A DNA stretch of 64,000 nt from an archaeon (GTDB lineage: Archaea > Nanobdellota > Nanobdellia > Pacearchaeales > GW2011-AR1). The position numbers and the translations under genes are program-made. Below the pieces are notes generated by a model. The model saw only the letters and a list, made by a program, of their open reading frames with translations. It was not told the origin of the DNA and ran no database searches. Position 1 is the stretch's first letter, and each line of letters begins with the position of its first letter. Of this stretch, positions 28,245-37,876 are shown piece by piece. The DNA lies in NCBI GenBank assembly GCA_009992215.1, contig JAACWB010000004.1, positions 8,006 through 72,005 on the forward strand. Reading direction: 5' to 3'.

Positions 28245-28486
28245 ATAGGATAGGAAAGAAATTAGCATTGTTAACAATTATTATGCTCCTTTCATTTATT
28301 GTTTCAGGTTTTTTCTTTTTGAAATCTGGACTCATAGATTTTCAAAATGGCGGAGTTCATGAAGAAGTTGTGATTGAGTTAGAACAAGCTTCTTTTGCGA
28401 CTAATGAATTTTTTGGGTTACCTGTAAATTATAAGAATTGTTACAAAGATTGGTGTGTTGATAAAAATATTGAACCAAAACCCTAA
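28241..28486 (+). CDS. Short membrane-anchored protein (possibly a truncated third gene of the PadR-DUF1700 operon)
   Basis: ATGA overlap with the upstream gene; N-terminal TM helix. Confidence 0.5.
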   Translation: MNRIGKKLALLTIIMLLSFIVSGFFFLKSGLIDFQNGGVHEEVVIELEQASFATNEFFGLPVNYKNCYKDWCVDKNIEPKP

Positions 28487-28511
28487 TAAAGCAAAATAAA
28501 CTTTTTTCTTT

Positions 28512-29243
28512 ATGACACTTTACTTAATTGGTCTTGGATTAAATGAACGAAGCATTACAAAGGAAGGACTTGATGCTATTAACAAATGTAAAAGAGTTTA
28601 CTTAGAAAGTTATACTGTTGATTTTCCTTATACTAAACACCAACTTGAAGAAATTATTTTGAAAAAAGTTATTCCGGCAAGTCGTGAGAAAGTTGAAGAT
28701 TTGAGTATTGTAGATGAAGCAAAAAAACTAAACGTTGCACTTTTGGTTTATGGTTCACCCTTAACTGCTACAACACATATTACTTTACTTGATGAATGCC
28801 GTCAAACTGGAATCAAATACAAGGTTTGTTACAACGCTTCAATTTTTGATGCTGTTGCTGAAACTGGTTTACAATTATACAAGTTTGGAAAAGTTGCATC
28901 AATGCCAGCTTGGAAAAAATCTTTTGAACCTACTTCATTTATGAAAATTGTTCAACAAAACATGAGTCAAGAAGCACATTCTTTGATTTTGGTGGATATT
29001 GGACTTCAATTTAAGGATGCATTAAAACAATTGAGAAAAGCTGCTGAAGAATATAATATTCCATTAAAGAAATTTATTGTTTGCCAAAAAATGGGAACAA
29101 AAGACAGAAAAATTCTTTACAGAAGTATTGAAGAATTCCGTGGATATGACGGAGTTCAATTACCCTATTGTATAATTTTACCTTCGAAAATGCACTTTGT
29201 TGAAAAAGATGTTGTTGAAAGTTTTAGTAAGATTAAGAAGTGA
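28512..29243 (+). CDS. dph5: Diphthine synthase
   Basis: LYLIGLGL, VYLESYT, LTATTH and GLQLYKFGK. Confidence 0.93.
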   Translation: MTLYLIGLGLNERSITKEGLDAINKCKRVYLESYTVDFPYTKHQLEEIILKKVIPASREKVEDLSIVDEAKKLNVALLVYGSPLTATTHITLLDECRQTGIKYKVCYNASIFDAVAETGLQLYKFGKVASMPAWKKSFEPTSFMKIVQQNMSQEAHSLILVDIGLQFKDALKQLRKAAEEYNIPLKKFIVCQKMGTKDRKILYRSIEEFRGYDGVQLPYCIILPSKMHFVEKDVVESFSKIKK

Positions 29244-29762
29244 TTAACTACTCCGTTCTCCAAGAATAGTTTTATTATATATTATTTTTGAAAAATATTC
29301 TATGTCTGTTTTCAAAGGTTGTTCTTCTTTTCTTGATAAATATTCTTCTTCTGCTTGAATTAAATCCTTGAAATCTCGCAAATTTGTATAAGCATAATTT
29401 ATTCCAAATAACCCAGGTTTAAATTGAAGTGCTCTTTTTACATGCTTTTTTGGAAATGCCTCCCAGGTGTCTAAACTTTTTGGTCTAATACCTACAAAAC
29501 TTAAATCCCCTTTTAAAAAATTATACAAATTTGGAATTTCATCAAAATGGGTTTTTCTCATCCACGCTCTTTCTTCTATAATTCTTTCATCATCTAGAAT
29601 TTTTCCAAAACCATTTATTCTTCCAACAAATTCAAAGTACTTTATACTATCTGCCCCATTTATCATAGTTTTGAATTTATATAAATTAAATTCTTTACCA
29701 TATTGACCTAAAGATTTTTTCATATAATACTCTTCTCTACTGAAGGGGTTTAATATATTCAT
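29244..29762 (-). CDS. Monotopic phosphoglycosyl transferase (Bac_transf/PglC-like)
   Basis: YKFKTM, RKTHFDEIP, KGDLSFVGIRP and KPGLFG. Confidence 0.8.
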   Translation of the reverse strand: MNILNPFSREEYYMKKSLGQYGKEFNLYKFKTMINGADSIKYFEFVGRINGFGKILDDERIIEERAWMRKTHFDEIPNLYNFLKGDLSFVGIRPKSLDTWEAFPKKHVKRALQFKPGLFGINYAYTNLRDFKDLIQAEEEYLSRKEEQPLKTDIEYFSKIIYNKTILGERSS

Positions 29763-29800
29763 TAGAAAGCAGAATTTTTAGTTTATTTAAATTTTTCTAA

Positions 29801-30394
29801 TTATTTTCTACCTGGAACAACGTGATGTTTGAAACAACGGGATTCATATGTTTCTTTTTTGCCTTTACCTTCAATTGAAACTATTGGTGCTGTGTATGGG
29901 GCTGGTTCTCCTTCGATTAAACGCTGTGTGTAATATGCTGGTTCTCCACATTTATTACAAATTGCATGGAGTTTTGTTAATTCATTTGAATGAAACATTA
30001 ATTCTTTCATTGCTCCAAAGGGTTCACCCCGAAAATCTGAATCAAGTCCAGCAAAAACTATGTTTTTCATTAATTTTTGTAATTTTAAAATAACCTCAAC
30101 TATCTTTTTATCAAAGAATTGTGCTTCGTCAATTGCAACCAAGTCGTGTGATTGGTTTACATATTCAAAAATTCTTTCTGGTTCATTTGCAGGAATATGA
30201 ATCCAATTAATGAAATTTTCTGTACTTCTACAATGTTTTTCTCGGTTGTCTGTCTTTGGTTTAAATCCGATAAAATTCTTCCCAGGAATCCATCTTAATG
30301 GGTCAACTCTTTTTAGTAATGCGGAACTTTTTCCTGAAGCCATCGGTCCAACAAAACCTTCAATTACTCCATAACGTACAAATATATTTGACAT
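29801..30394 (-). CDS. tdk: Thymidine kinase
   Basis: GPMASGKS, IDEAQFF, AGLD.DFRGEPF and zinc-binding Cys residues. Confidence 0.95.
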   Translation of the reverse strand: MSNIFVRYGVIEGFVGPMASGKSSALLKRVDPLRWIPGKNFIGFKPKTDNREKHCRSTENFINWIHIPANEPERIFEYVNQSHDLVAIDEAQFFDKKIVEVILKLQKLMKNIVFAGLDSDFRGEPFGAMKELMFHSNELTKLHAICNKCGEPAYYTQRLIEGEPAPYTAPIVSIEGKGKKETYESRCFKHHVVPGRK

Positions 30395-30489
30395 AATTTA
30401 AAATAAAAAAAATAGTTAATAAGTATTATTATACTTTGAATTGATAATGAATACCGAAATTTTATAAAACCACAAAACCTCAATTTTCC

Positions 30490-33327
30490 ATGACAAACAT
30501 CAATGAAATCGAACAACAAATAATTGATTACTGGAAGAAAGAAAAAATATTTAAAAAATCTTTAGAGAGAACAAAAAATGGAAAGCCATATATTTTTTAT
30601 GATGGTCCGCCATTTGCAACTGGTTTGCCACATTACGGTCACTTACTAGCTTCAATTCTAAAAGATGTTTTTCCAAGATTTTTTACGATGAATGGAATGT
30701 ATGTGAAAAGAAATTGGGGTTGGGATTGTCACGGACTTCCTGTTGAAAATATTGCAGAGAAGGAACTTGGAATTAATTCAAAAGATGAAATTGAAGAAAT
30801 GGGAGTTCAGAAATTTAATAATTTTTGTCGAAGTAAAGTAATGACTTATGCTGATGAATGGGAAAAATATGTTGACAGAATTGGTCGTTGGGTAGATTTT
30901 GCCGGCGGATACAAAACAATGGATACAAATTATATTGAATCTGTTTGGTGGGCGTTTAAGCAATTATATGAAAAAGGATATTTATACGAGGGAGAAAAAA
31001 TTTTAATGTATTGCCCGAGGTGTTCAACTCCGTTAGCAAAGTCAGAGATTGCAATGGATAATTCTTACAAGAATGTAAAAGACATAACAATTACAGTAAA
31101 ATTCAAATTAGATGGATATGAAAACACTTACGCGATTGCTTGGACAACAACTCCTTGGACACTTCCATCAAACTTGGCTTTGGCAGTTGGACCAGAATTA
31201 GAATATACTTTTGTGAAAGACAAATCGGATGGAAATACTTATGTTATGGCAAAAGAATTAATTCAAAACTTTTACAAATCAGAGGAAGATTATGAAATTA
31301 CAAAAGTAATGAAAGGTAAGGAATTAGAAGGACAAAAATATGAACCATTATTTCCATATTTCAAAGATACAGAAAACGCATTTCAATTTATTTTGGGAGA
31401 TTTTGTGACGGCTGAAGACGGTACTGGAATTGTTCACACTGCTCCTGCATTTGGAGAGGATGACAATATTGTTTGTAGAAAATATAAAATTCCAATGGTT
31501 CAACCAGTGGATGAAACCGGACATTTTACAAGTGAAGTTACTGATTATGCAGGTAAATATATTCATGATACAAATGAAGAAATTGTAATTGATTTAAAGA
31601 AATCAGGAAAAGCAATTGCGTCAAGGAAAATGGAACATGAATATCCGTTTTGTTACAGATGTGACACAAAATTAATGTATAGAGCACTTCCAGCATGGTT
31701 TGTTGATATTCAAAAAATTAAGGAGAGACTTTTAGAATTAAATATGAATATTAATTGGATTCCATCTTTCATTAAGGAAGGTAGAATGAAACATAACATT
31801 ACAACTGCACCTGATTGGAATATTACAAGAAATAGATATTGGGCAACAGCAATTCCAATTTGGAAATCTACTTCAGGAAAGATAAAAGTTTTAGGTTCAA
31901 TTGAAGAATTAAAACAATATGCAACTAATTTGCCTGAAGGAGTAGAAATTGATTTACACAAAGATTTTTTGGATTCAATTAAATTAGAAATTGATGGAGA
32001 AGAATATACGAGAATTCCAGAAGTTTTGGATTGTTGGTTTGAATCAGGTTCGATGACTTTTGCACAATTTCATTATCCGTTTGAAAATAAAGAATTTTTT
32101 GATACTAATTTCCCTGCACAATTTGTTGTAGAATATATTGGACAAACAAGAGCCTGGTTTTATTACATGATTGCACTTTCAGCAATTTTATTTGATAAAA
32201 TTCCTTTTGAAAATGTTTTGACAACGGGAACAATTTTGGCTGAAGATGGGCAAAAAATGAGTAAGTCAAAAAAGAATTATCCGGACCCACTAGAAGTTGT
32301 TGAAAAATACGGAGCGGACGCTTTAAGATTTTACTTGTTACAGTCCCCAGTTATGAATGCTGACAATTTTAATTTTTCAGAAAAAGGATTACAAGAAATT
32401 TACAAGAAAGTTATGGTTCTATTGTATAATGTTAGAAATTTTTATAATGAGTACAAACAAGATTCAGATTTGGAATTTGTAAAATCAGATAATGTAATGG
32501 ATAAATGGATTTTATCAATAACAGAAAAATTATCTTCTTTTGTTAAAAAATATTTGGAAGAATATAATACAGTAAAAGCTTGTGCGGAGATTAAAAAATA
32601 TTTAGAAGATTTGTCAACTTGGTATGTTAGAAATTCTAGAGATAGATTTAATGAAGGAAATGAAAATGCAAGAAAAACTTTAAGGTACGTTTTAGAAAAA
32701 ATATCAAGAGTTTTAGCTCCAATTATTCCTTTTGCAGCAGAAAAAGTTTTCCAAGACATGAATGGAAAAGAAAAATCAGTTCATTTGCAAGATTGGCCAA
32801 ATTCAGATGATTCTTTGATTGATGAAGAATTGGAAAAAGAAATGAATTTAGTTAGAGAAATTGTTTCTCAAGGTTTAAGACAAAGAGATCAAAATAATGC
32901 TAGTTTAAAGTGGCCTCTTTCAAAAGTTGATATTGAATCAACAACATTACTTCCGGCAGGATTTATACCAATTATTGCGCAGGAATTAAATGTTAAAGTT
33001 GTTGAAATTAAAGAATCAAAAGAAATTAAAGTAGAACTTGATTTAGAAATGACTCCCGGTTTAGAAGCCGAAGGATATATGCGTGAACTTTCAAGAAATA
33101 TTCAAGCGACTAGAAAAAAACTTGGATTGAACAAGGAAGATTCAATTGATTTAGAAATTTATTCTCCTGAATTAAAAGAAATAATTGAAAATGGAATTGA
33201 ATTTTTGAAAGAAAGAACTGGTTCAAGAGAAATAAAAATCATGGAAACGTCGATTAAATCTGATGATTTAGTTGAATTCAAAATTAAGGATAAAGATGGT
33301 TCTTTTGTTGTAAAGTTAAACTACTAG
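30490..33327 (+). CDS. ileS: Isoleucine--tRNA ligase (IleRS2/eukaryote-like type)
   Basis: DGPPFATGLPHYGH, WTTTPWTLPSN, GTGIVH and KMSKS. Confidence 0.97.
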   Translation: MTNINEIEQQIIDYWKKEKIFKKSLERTKNGKPYIFYDGPPFATGLPHYGHLLASILKDVFPRFFTMNGMYVKRNWGWDCHGLPVENIAEKELGINSKDEIEEMGVQKFNNFCRSKVMTYADEWEKYVDRIGRWVDFAGGYKTMDTNYIESVWWAFKQLYEKGYLYEGEKILMYCPRCSTPLAKSEIAMDNSYKNVKDITITVKFKLDGYENTYAIAWTTTPWTLPSNLALAVGPELEYTFVKDKSDGNTYVMAKELIQNFYKSEEDYEITKVMKGKELEGQKYEPLFPYFKDTENAFQFILGDFVTAEDGTGIVHTAPAFGEDDNIVCRKYKIPMVQPVDETGHFTSEVTDYAGKYIHDTNEEIVIDLKKSGKAIASRKMEHEYPFCYRCDTKLMYRALPAWFVDIQKIKERLLELNMNINWIPSFIKEGRMKHNITTAPDWNITRNRYWATAIPIWKSTSGKIKVLGSIEELKQYATNLPEGVEIDLHKDFLDSIKLEIDGEEYTRIPEVLDCWFESGSMTFAQFHYPFENKEFFDTNFPAQFVVEYIGQTRAWFYYMIALSAILFDKIPFENVLTTGTILAEDGQKMSKSKKNYPDPLEVVEKYGADALRFYLLQSPVMNADNFNFSEKGLQEIYKKVMVLLYNVRNFYNEYKQDSDLEFVKSDNVMDKWILSITEKLSSFVKKYLEEYNTVKACAEIKKYLEDLSTWYVRNSRDRFNEGNENARKTLRYVLEKISRVLAPIIPFAAEKVFQDMNGKEKSVHLQDWPNSDDSLIDEELEKEMNLVREIVSQGLRQRDQNNASLKWPLSKVDIESTTLLPAGFIPIIAQELNVKVVEIKESKEIKVELDLEMTPGLEAEGYMRELSRNIQATRKKLGLNKEDSIDLEIYSPELKEIIENGIEFLKERTGSREIKIMETSIKSDDLVEFKIKDKDGSFVVKLNY

Positions 33328-33403
33328 GGAGTAACTCTCACTAATTACTTTTCTAAGATAGCAATCTTTAAAAAGGAAAAAGACTTTTGTTAATTAAAGT
33401 AAA

Positions 33404-34210
33404 ATGATAGTTAAAGATGAGTTTTTATCAAGGTTGAGAAAAATTTTCGACTTGAATTTATACGAGGTGAAGGTGTGGACAGCTCTTCTTTCTAGAGGAA
33501 CTTCGACAGCTGGAGAATTATCGAATATTTCTGATGTACCTCGTTCTAGAACATATGATATTTTAGAATCTTTAGAGAAAAAAGGATTCATTATTATGAA
33601 AGTTGGTAAACCAATCAAATTTGTTGCTCTAAAACCAGAAGAAGTTGTTGAAAGAGTGAAAAAGAACTTAATGGTTGAAGCTAAAGAGAGAACAAAGAGA
33701 TTAGAAACTTTGAAAGGCGATGAAGTTTTGGAAGAATTAACTGGATTATTTACTAAAGGGATTAAATTTGTTGAACCAAGTGATTTATCTGGTAGCTTGA
33801 AAGGTAGACAAAATTTATACAACCACTTAGATATGATGGTTCGTGACGCAGAAAAAACAATAACTATGGTTACAACAGGAGAAGGATTAAATAGAAAATT
33901 AGAAGCATTACTTCCTTCGCTTGAAAAAGTTAAGAAAAGAGGAGTTGTAATTAGAATTGCTGCTCCAATTGATAACAATAATATTGAAGTTGCTCGTGAA
34001 TTAAGTAAAGTTGCTGAAGTTAGAAAATTAGACAAAATTAAGGCAAGATTTACAATTATTGATGGTAATCAATTAATGTTTATGCTTTTAGATGATGAAA
34101 AATTCCATCCTAACTATGACGTTGGAGTTTGGATTAATACTGAATTTTTTGCTCAAGCACTAGAACAGATGTTTGAAATGGCTTGGAATGAAATGAAACC
34201 TATCAAGTAA
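33404..34210 (+). CDS. TrmB-family regulator/chromatin protein
   Basis: LNLYEVKVW.ALL...VPRSRTYDILESLEKKG wHTH plus a C-terminal domain. Confidence 0.9.
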   Translation: MIVKDEFLSRLRKIFDLNLYEVKVWTALLSRGTSTAGELSNISDVPRSRTYDILESLEKKGFIIMKVGKPIKFVALKPEEVVERVKKNLMVEAKERTKRLETLKGDEVLEELTGLFTKGIKFVEPSDLSGSLKGRQNLYNHLDMMVRDAEKTITMVTTGEGLNRKLEALLPSLEKVKKRGVVIRIAAPIDNNNIEVARELSKVAEVRKLDKIKARFTIIDGNQLMFMLLDDEKFHPNYDVGVWINTEFFAQALEQMFEMAWNEMKPIK

Positions 34211-34329
34211 TAATTTTTATTCTTTTTTGTCTATATCTAAGAAATAATTTTTTACAATCAGACGATTGCTGCAAAATAATTTCTAAAATCTATCCTAAAA
34301 AATAATTCAAAATTGAAAAATAGAATTAA

Positions 34330-34366
34330 TTTAGATTAGCTAAATTTTTATAAATTCCTGAATTAA
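34330..34366 (+). repeat. 37-bp direct repeat, copy 1 (contains the TATA box)
   Basis: TTTAGATTAGCTAAATTTTTATAAATTCCTGAATTAA, identical to 35013-35049. Confidence 0.85.
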
Positions 34367-34374
34367 ATAAATGT

Positions 34375-35022
34375 ATGAGTAAATATATTGAAGATTTAAC
34401 AGATGAAGAATTAAAGAAATTAGAAAGAGTTTGTTCTGGAAAAGCTTTAACTCAATATTATTTAGATACAAAAAAAGGAGATTCAAATATTCAATTTCAA
34501 AAATTAATTTGGAAGACGAATTATTATGGAAAAGATTTATTTAAATTTAGAGAAGCTTACAAAAGAGATAATCTATCAATGGAGGAAAATGGATTGAATT
34601 TTGTTTTTACAGGATTAACCTTGGATTATTTAGTTGATTTGACTGAAGATGGAATTGAAAAATGGAAAAAAGAAAATGAAAATAAATTTGAGGTTATAGA
34701 TTACGGAAGAAATAAATATAATTATGCAACGGGAAAATTCAATGTAAAGCCCATTAGTATTGATTTTGAATTAAATGGATTGAAAGTCAATGCAAAGATT
34801 GTAAATTATATTGATGAACTCTATAAATGCCCTTTTTCTATTTTTGAGAATGAAGAATTTATCAAAGGATACAAATTGTATGAATTAACCAATACTAAAA
34901 ATAACAGAAAAATTAAATTTTCAAATATTGTTTCCCACATGATTCAACAACACCATTTTTTTGGAGGGAAAAATTCAGATAACAGATTAGAGCCGAAAGA
35001 ATTTTCTGATTTTTTAGATTAG
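34375..35022 (+). CDS. Hypothetical protein
   Basis: 215-aa ORF bracketed by the 37-bp direct repeats; HMIQQHHFF motif. Confidence 0.7.
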   Translation: MSKYIEDLTDEELKKLERVCSGKALTQYYLDTKKGDSNIQFQKLIWKTNYYGKDLFKFREAYKRDNLSMEENGLNFVFTGLTLDYLVDLTEDGIEKWKKENENKFEVIDYGRNKYNYATGKFNVKPISIDFELNGLKVNAKIVNYIDELYKCPFSIFENEEFIKGYKLYELTNTKNNRKIKFSNIVSHMIQQHHFFGGKNSDNRLEPKEFSDFLD

Positions 35023-35049
35023 CTAAATTTTTATAAATTCCTGAATTAA
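35013..35049 (+). repeat. 37-bp direct repeat, copy 2
   Basis: Identical to 34330-34366; supplies the upstream gene's stop codon and the next gene's TATA box. Confidence 0.85.
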
Positions 35050-35057
35050 GTAATAAT

Positions 35058-35477
35058 ATGACTAAACACATTTGTACAATATGCAAGAATTCCTTTCCTG
35101 ATAAAGATTCTGCAATCTTCCACGAAGAACTTCCTATTTTGGAAGGAATTTATCATGGCATGATACTAAAAGAGGAAATTGGTTATTTGGTGTTTAGGAA
35201 ATCTGACAAAATTTCAAAAGAGCATGAAAGAATTTATACAGTTTCTAAATTTTTCAAAGTTCAAGATAAAGGTGGAATTGGACGGTATTTGAAAAAATAT
35301 TCTTATTCAGAAATTGACAAGAAAGTTGAAGATAAAGAATTTGTTGGACTTAGCACAGAAGAATTTGAATCTGTAAAACATTTTTTAGAAAAAAATCATC
35401 TTTATCATGATATTTTAGAATTCAAAAATTTGGATGAAACGCTAGAACTTATTCCAAAGAAAAAAAGAAATAATTAA
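35058..35477 (+). CDS. Hypothetical protein with an N-terminal CxxC...H zinc-finger-like motif
   Basis: CTICKNSF...AIFHE. Confidence 0.6.
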   Translation: MTKHICTICKNSFPDKDSAIFHEELPILEGIYHGMILKEEIGYLVFRKSDKISKEHERIYTVSKFFKVQDKGGIGRYLKKYSYSEIDKKVEDKEFVGLSTEEFESVKHFLEKNHLYHDILEFKNLDETLELIPKKKRNN

Positions 35478-37270
35478 TCTTTCAAGTATCCTCCACTTTG
35501 CATTTCCCAAAGCTTGTAATACTCCCCTTTCTTTCTTAATAATTCTTGATGACTTCCTTGTTCTATAATTTCTCCTTCTTTTAGGACAATTATTCTATCT
35601 GCTTTCATAATTGTTGATAGTCTATGTGCAATAATAATTGATGTACGGCCTTCAAGGAGTTTTTCAAGTGCTTTTTGTATTTCATTTTCAGTTTCAGAAT
35701 CTAGTGCACTTGTTGCTTCATCTAAAACCAAAACTTTTTTGTCTGCTAAAATTGCTCTGGCAATAGAAACCCTTTGTTTTTCTCCGCCTGAAAGTTTAAC
35801 CCCTCTTTCTCCAACAATTGTGTCTAATCCTTTTGGAAAATTCTTGATTGATTTTTCTAATTGTGCTAATTTAACTGCTTTCAAAACTTCCTCTCTTTTT
35901 GCAGAAGGCTTTGAAAATAAAATATTATTATAAATTGTATCATCAAATAAAATTGCTTCTTGTGGCACAATTCCAGTTTCGCTACGTAAACTTTCTTGTT
36001 TAAAATTTCTAATGTCTTCACCATCAATTAAAATCTCCCCAGACTCAACATCATAAAATCTATTTAATAATTTTACAACAGTTGTTTTTCCTGAGCCTGA
36101 ATGTCCAACTAATGCTACTTTTTCTTGAGGATTTATCTTCAAATTAAAATGATTAAAAATTTCTCTTTCATTTTCTTTTTCTTCATACTTGAATGAAACA
36201 TTTCTAAATTCAATTTCTCCTTTTTTAATTTTCAAATTTTTAGCATTTGGTTTATCTTTAATTTCGTTTTGTATTTTCCCATATTCTAAAAGTTCTTGCA
36301 TATCAGTAAGTGATTGTGAAGTTGATCTAATCCCCCAAATTAAATAATGTAAACTCCCAGTAACTTGTCCAAATAAACCATAAATTAAAACAACTGAACC
36401 TAAAGTTATTTTTCCCTTCAAGAAATCTTTTACTGCAAAAAATAAAATTGCCAATGTTCCAAATCCAAAAATTAATAATTGAATAAGCTCAATTTTTGAA
36501 TAAAACTTATTGAATCTTGTTGAGAGTTTCTGAACTTTTTTTAATATCTTGGAATACAATTTTTCCAATTTTTTTTCTTTACCATAATATTTTATCGACT
36601 CAACGTTAGTCAAGGAATCATTAATAAAAGAATTTTCTATATCTGAATATTTGTTTGCTTCTTTTTTTATTTTATTCTGTTCTTTGTATGTCCAGAGGCT
36701 ATAAAATACAAATGAAATAGAAGTTATCATCAAAATAATTATTGGGGTTATTGAGATAAAAGAAAATGAAATAATCACAATAGTTAAACCAATTATTGGT
36801 GGTAAAAGCCCCCAAAGAATAAATGAATTTAAATTTCCAAATGCGGCAACCCCACGACTTAATTTAGAAAGTAATCCTCCCGTTTTATGTCTATTATGAA
36901 ATTTAATATCTAAAGACAAAACGTGATTAAAATATTTTTTTCTAAGTTCTGCAGATATTTTTGGATTTATGATTGCAGTAAAATAATCATAGCCTGCACG
37001 ACCAAAACTTCTTACAATTATTATTATCCCAAAAACCAATGCTAAAATTAATAAATTTTCAACAAAAACTGGTTGATTCAATGCTCCAGAAATAAATTTT
37101 TCTGAATCATCAATTAATTTTTTGTACAAAAATTTATCGGCCAAAAATAAAAATTCAGTTATTAATACAACAATCAAAGCTAAAAAAACAAACAATTTAT
37201 AATTTTTTAATGTCTTAAAATATTCTTTTAAATTATATTTGTAGTCAATTTTTTTCTCTTTTTTTTCCAT
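35474..37270 (-). CDS. ABC exporter, fused permease/ATPase
   Basis: TM domain followed by GHSGSGKT, LSGGEKQR and LDEATSALD. Confidence 0.95.
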   Translation of the reverse strand: MEKKEKKIDYKYNLKEYFKTLKNYKLFVFLALIVVLITEFLFLADKFLYKKLIDDSEKFISGALNQPVFVENLLILALVFGIIIIVRSFGRAGYDYFTAIINPKISAELRKKYFNHVLSLDIKFHNRHKTGGLLSKLSRGVAAFGNLNSFILWGLLPPIIGLTIVIISFSFISITPIIILMITSISFVFYSLWTYKEQNKIKKEANKYSDIENSFINDSLTNVESIKYYGKEKKLEKLYSKILKKVQKLSTRFNKFYSKIELIQLLIFGFGTLAILFFAVKDFLKGKITLGSVVLIYGLFGQVTGSLHYLIWGIRSTSQSLTDMQELLEYGKIQNEIKDKPNAKNLKIKKGEIEFRNVSFKYEEKENEREIFNHFNLKINPQEKVALVGHSGSGKTTVVKLLNRFYDVESGEILIDGEDIRNFKQESLRSETGIVPQEAILFDDTIYNNILFSKPSAKREEVLKAVKLAQLEKSIKNFPKGLDTIVGERGVKLSGGEKQRVSIARAILADKKVLVLDEATSALDSETENEIQKALEKLLEGRTSIIIAHRLSTIMKADRIIVLKEGEIIEQGSHQELLRKKGEYYKLWEMQSGGYLKD

Positions 37271-37346
37271 CTTAAATTTAATGTTAACTTGACTTATAAA
37301 TTTTAGTTAAAGTAAAGATTAAATATCTCTTTTTCTTAGAAAAAAT

Positions 37347-37838
37347 ATGAAAGAGAAGAAGGAAAAAGAAAAAGTTGAAGATAATGAAAAAGAAGAAAAA
37401 GAAATTAAGGAAATTTCAAAAAATTTGGATGTAACTGAAATTTTTAATAAGATAAAAAATGATTTGCCTCCATTAGAAGAAGAAATATTTTTGGAAGAAG
37501 AGTTAATCGAAAGAATGAATTCTCCCGTTAAAGTTTCTCTTGAAAAAAGAGGAGTCGCTTCAAGTTTGGAAGATATTCTTCCAAAAACAAAATCATTTGA
37601 AAATAAGGATAACGAAAAAGTAGAATATTCAGTTTTTAAGGAAGGAAAAAAAGAATATGAAACAAAAATTGAAAATGAAGTTCGTCCTCCCGAACTTTTG
37701 ATGCAAAAAGATTTACTTGAAGAACAAAAAAAATTATATTTAAGAGAAAAAAGAAAAAATGATGAAGATTTTTTACTCCCAAATTTACAAGAACAGATGC
37801 GAGAGAAATATGAAAATAAAAAATATAATAATAACTAA
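37347..37838 (+). CDS. Charged hypothetical protein
   Basis: E/K-rich ORF. Confidence 0.6.
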   Translation: MKEKKEKEKVEDNEKEEKEIKEISKNLDVTEIFNKIKNDLPPLEEEIFLEEELIERMNSPVKVSLEKRGVASSLEDILPKTKSFENKDNEKVEYSVFKEGKKEYETKIENEVRPPELLMQKDLLEEQKKLYLREKRKNDEDFLLPNLQEQMREKYENKKYNNN

Positions 37839-37876
37839 TTCAACAAATATATAAATATGATTTCTCTATAATTTTT

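Noticed and set aside
33394-34035. 213-aa antisense ORF and other shadow ORFs (e.g. 1274-1606, 3141-3503, 32442-32759)
   Set aside because: They lie opposite well-supported genes and are explained by codon bias
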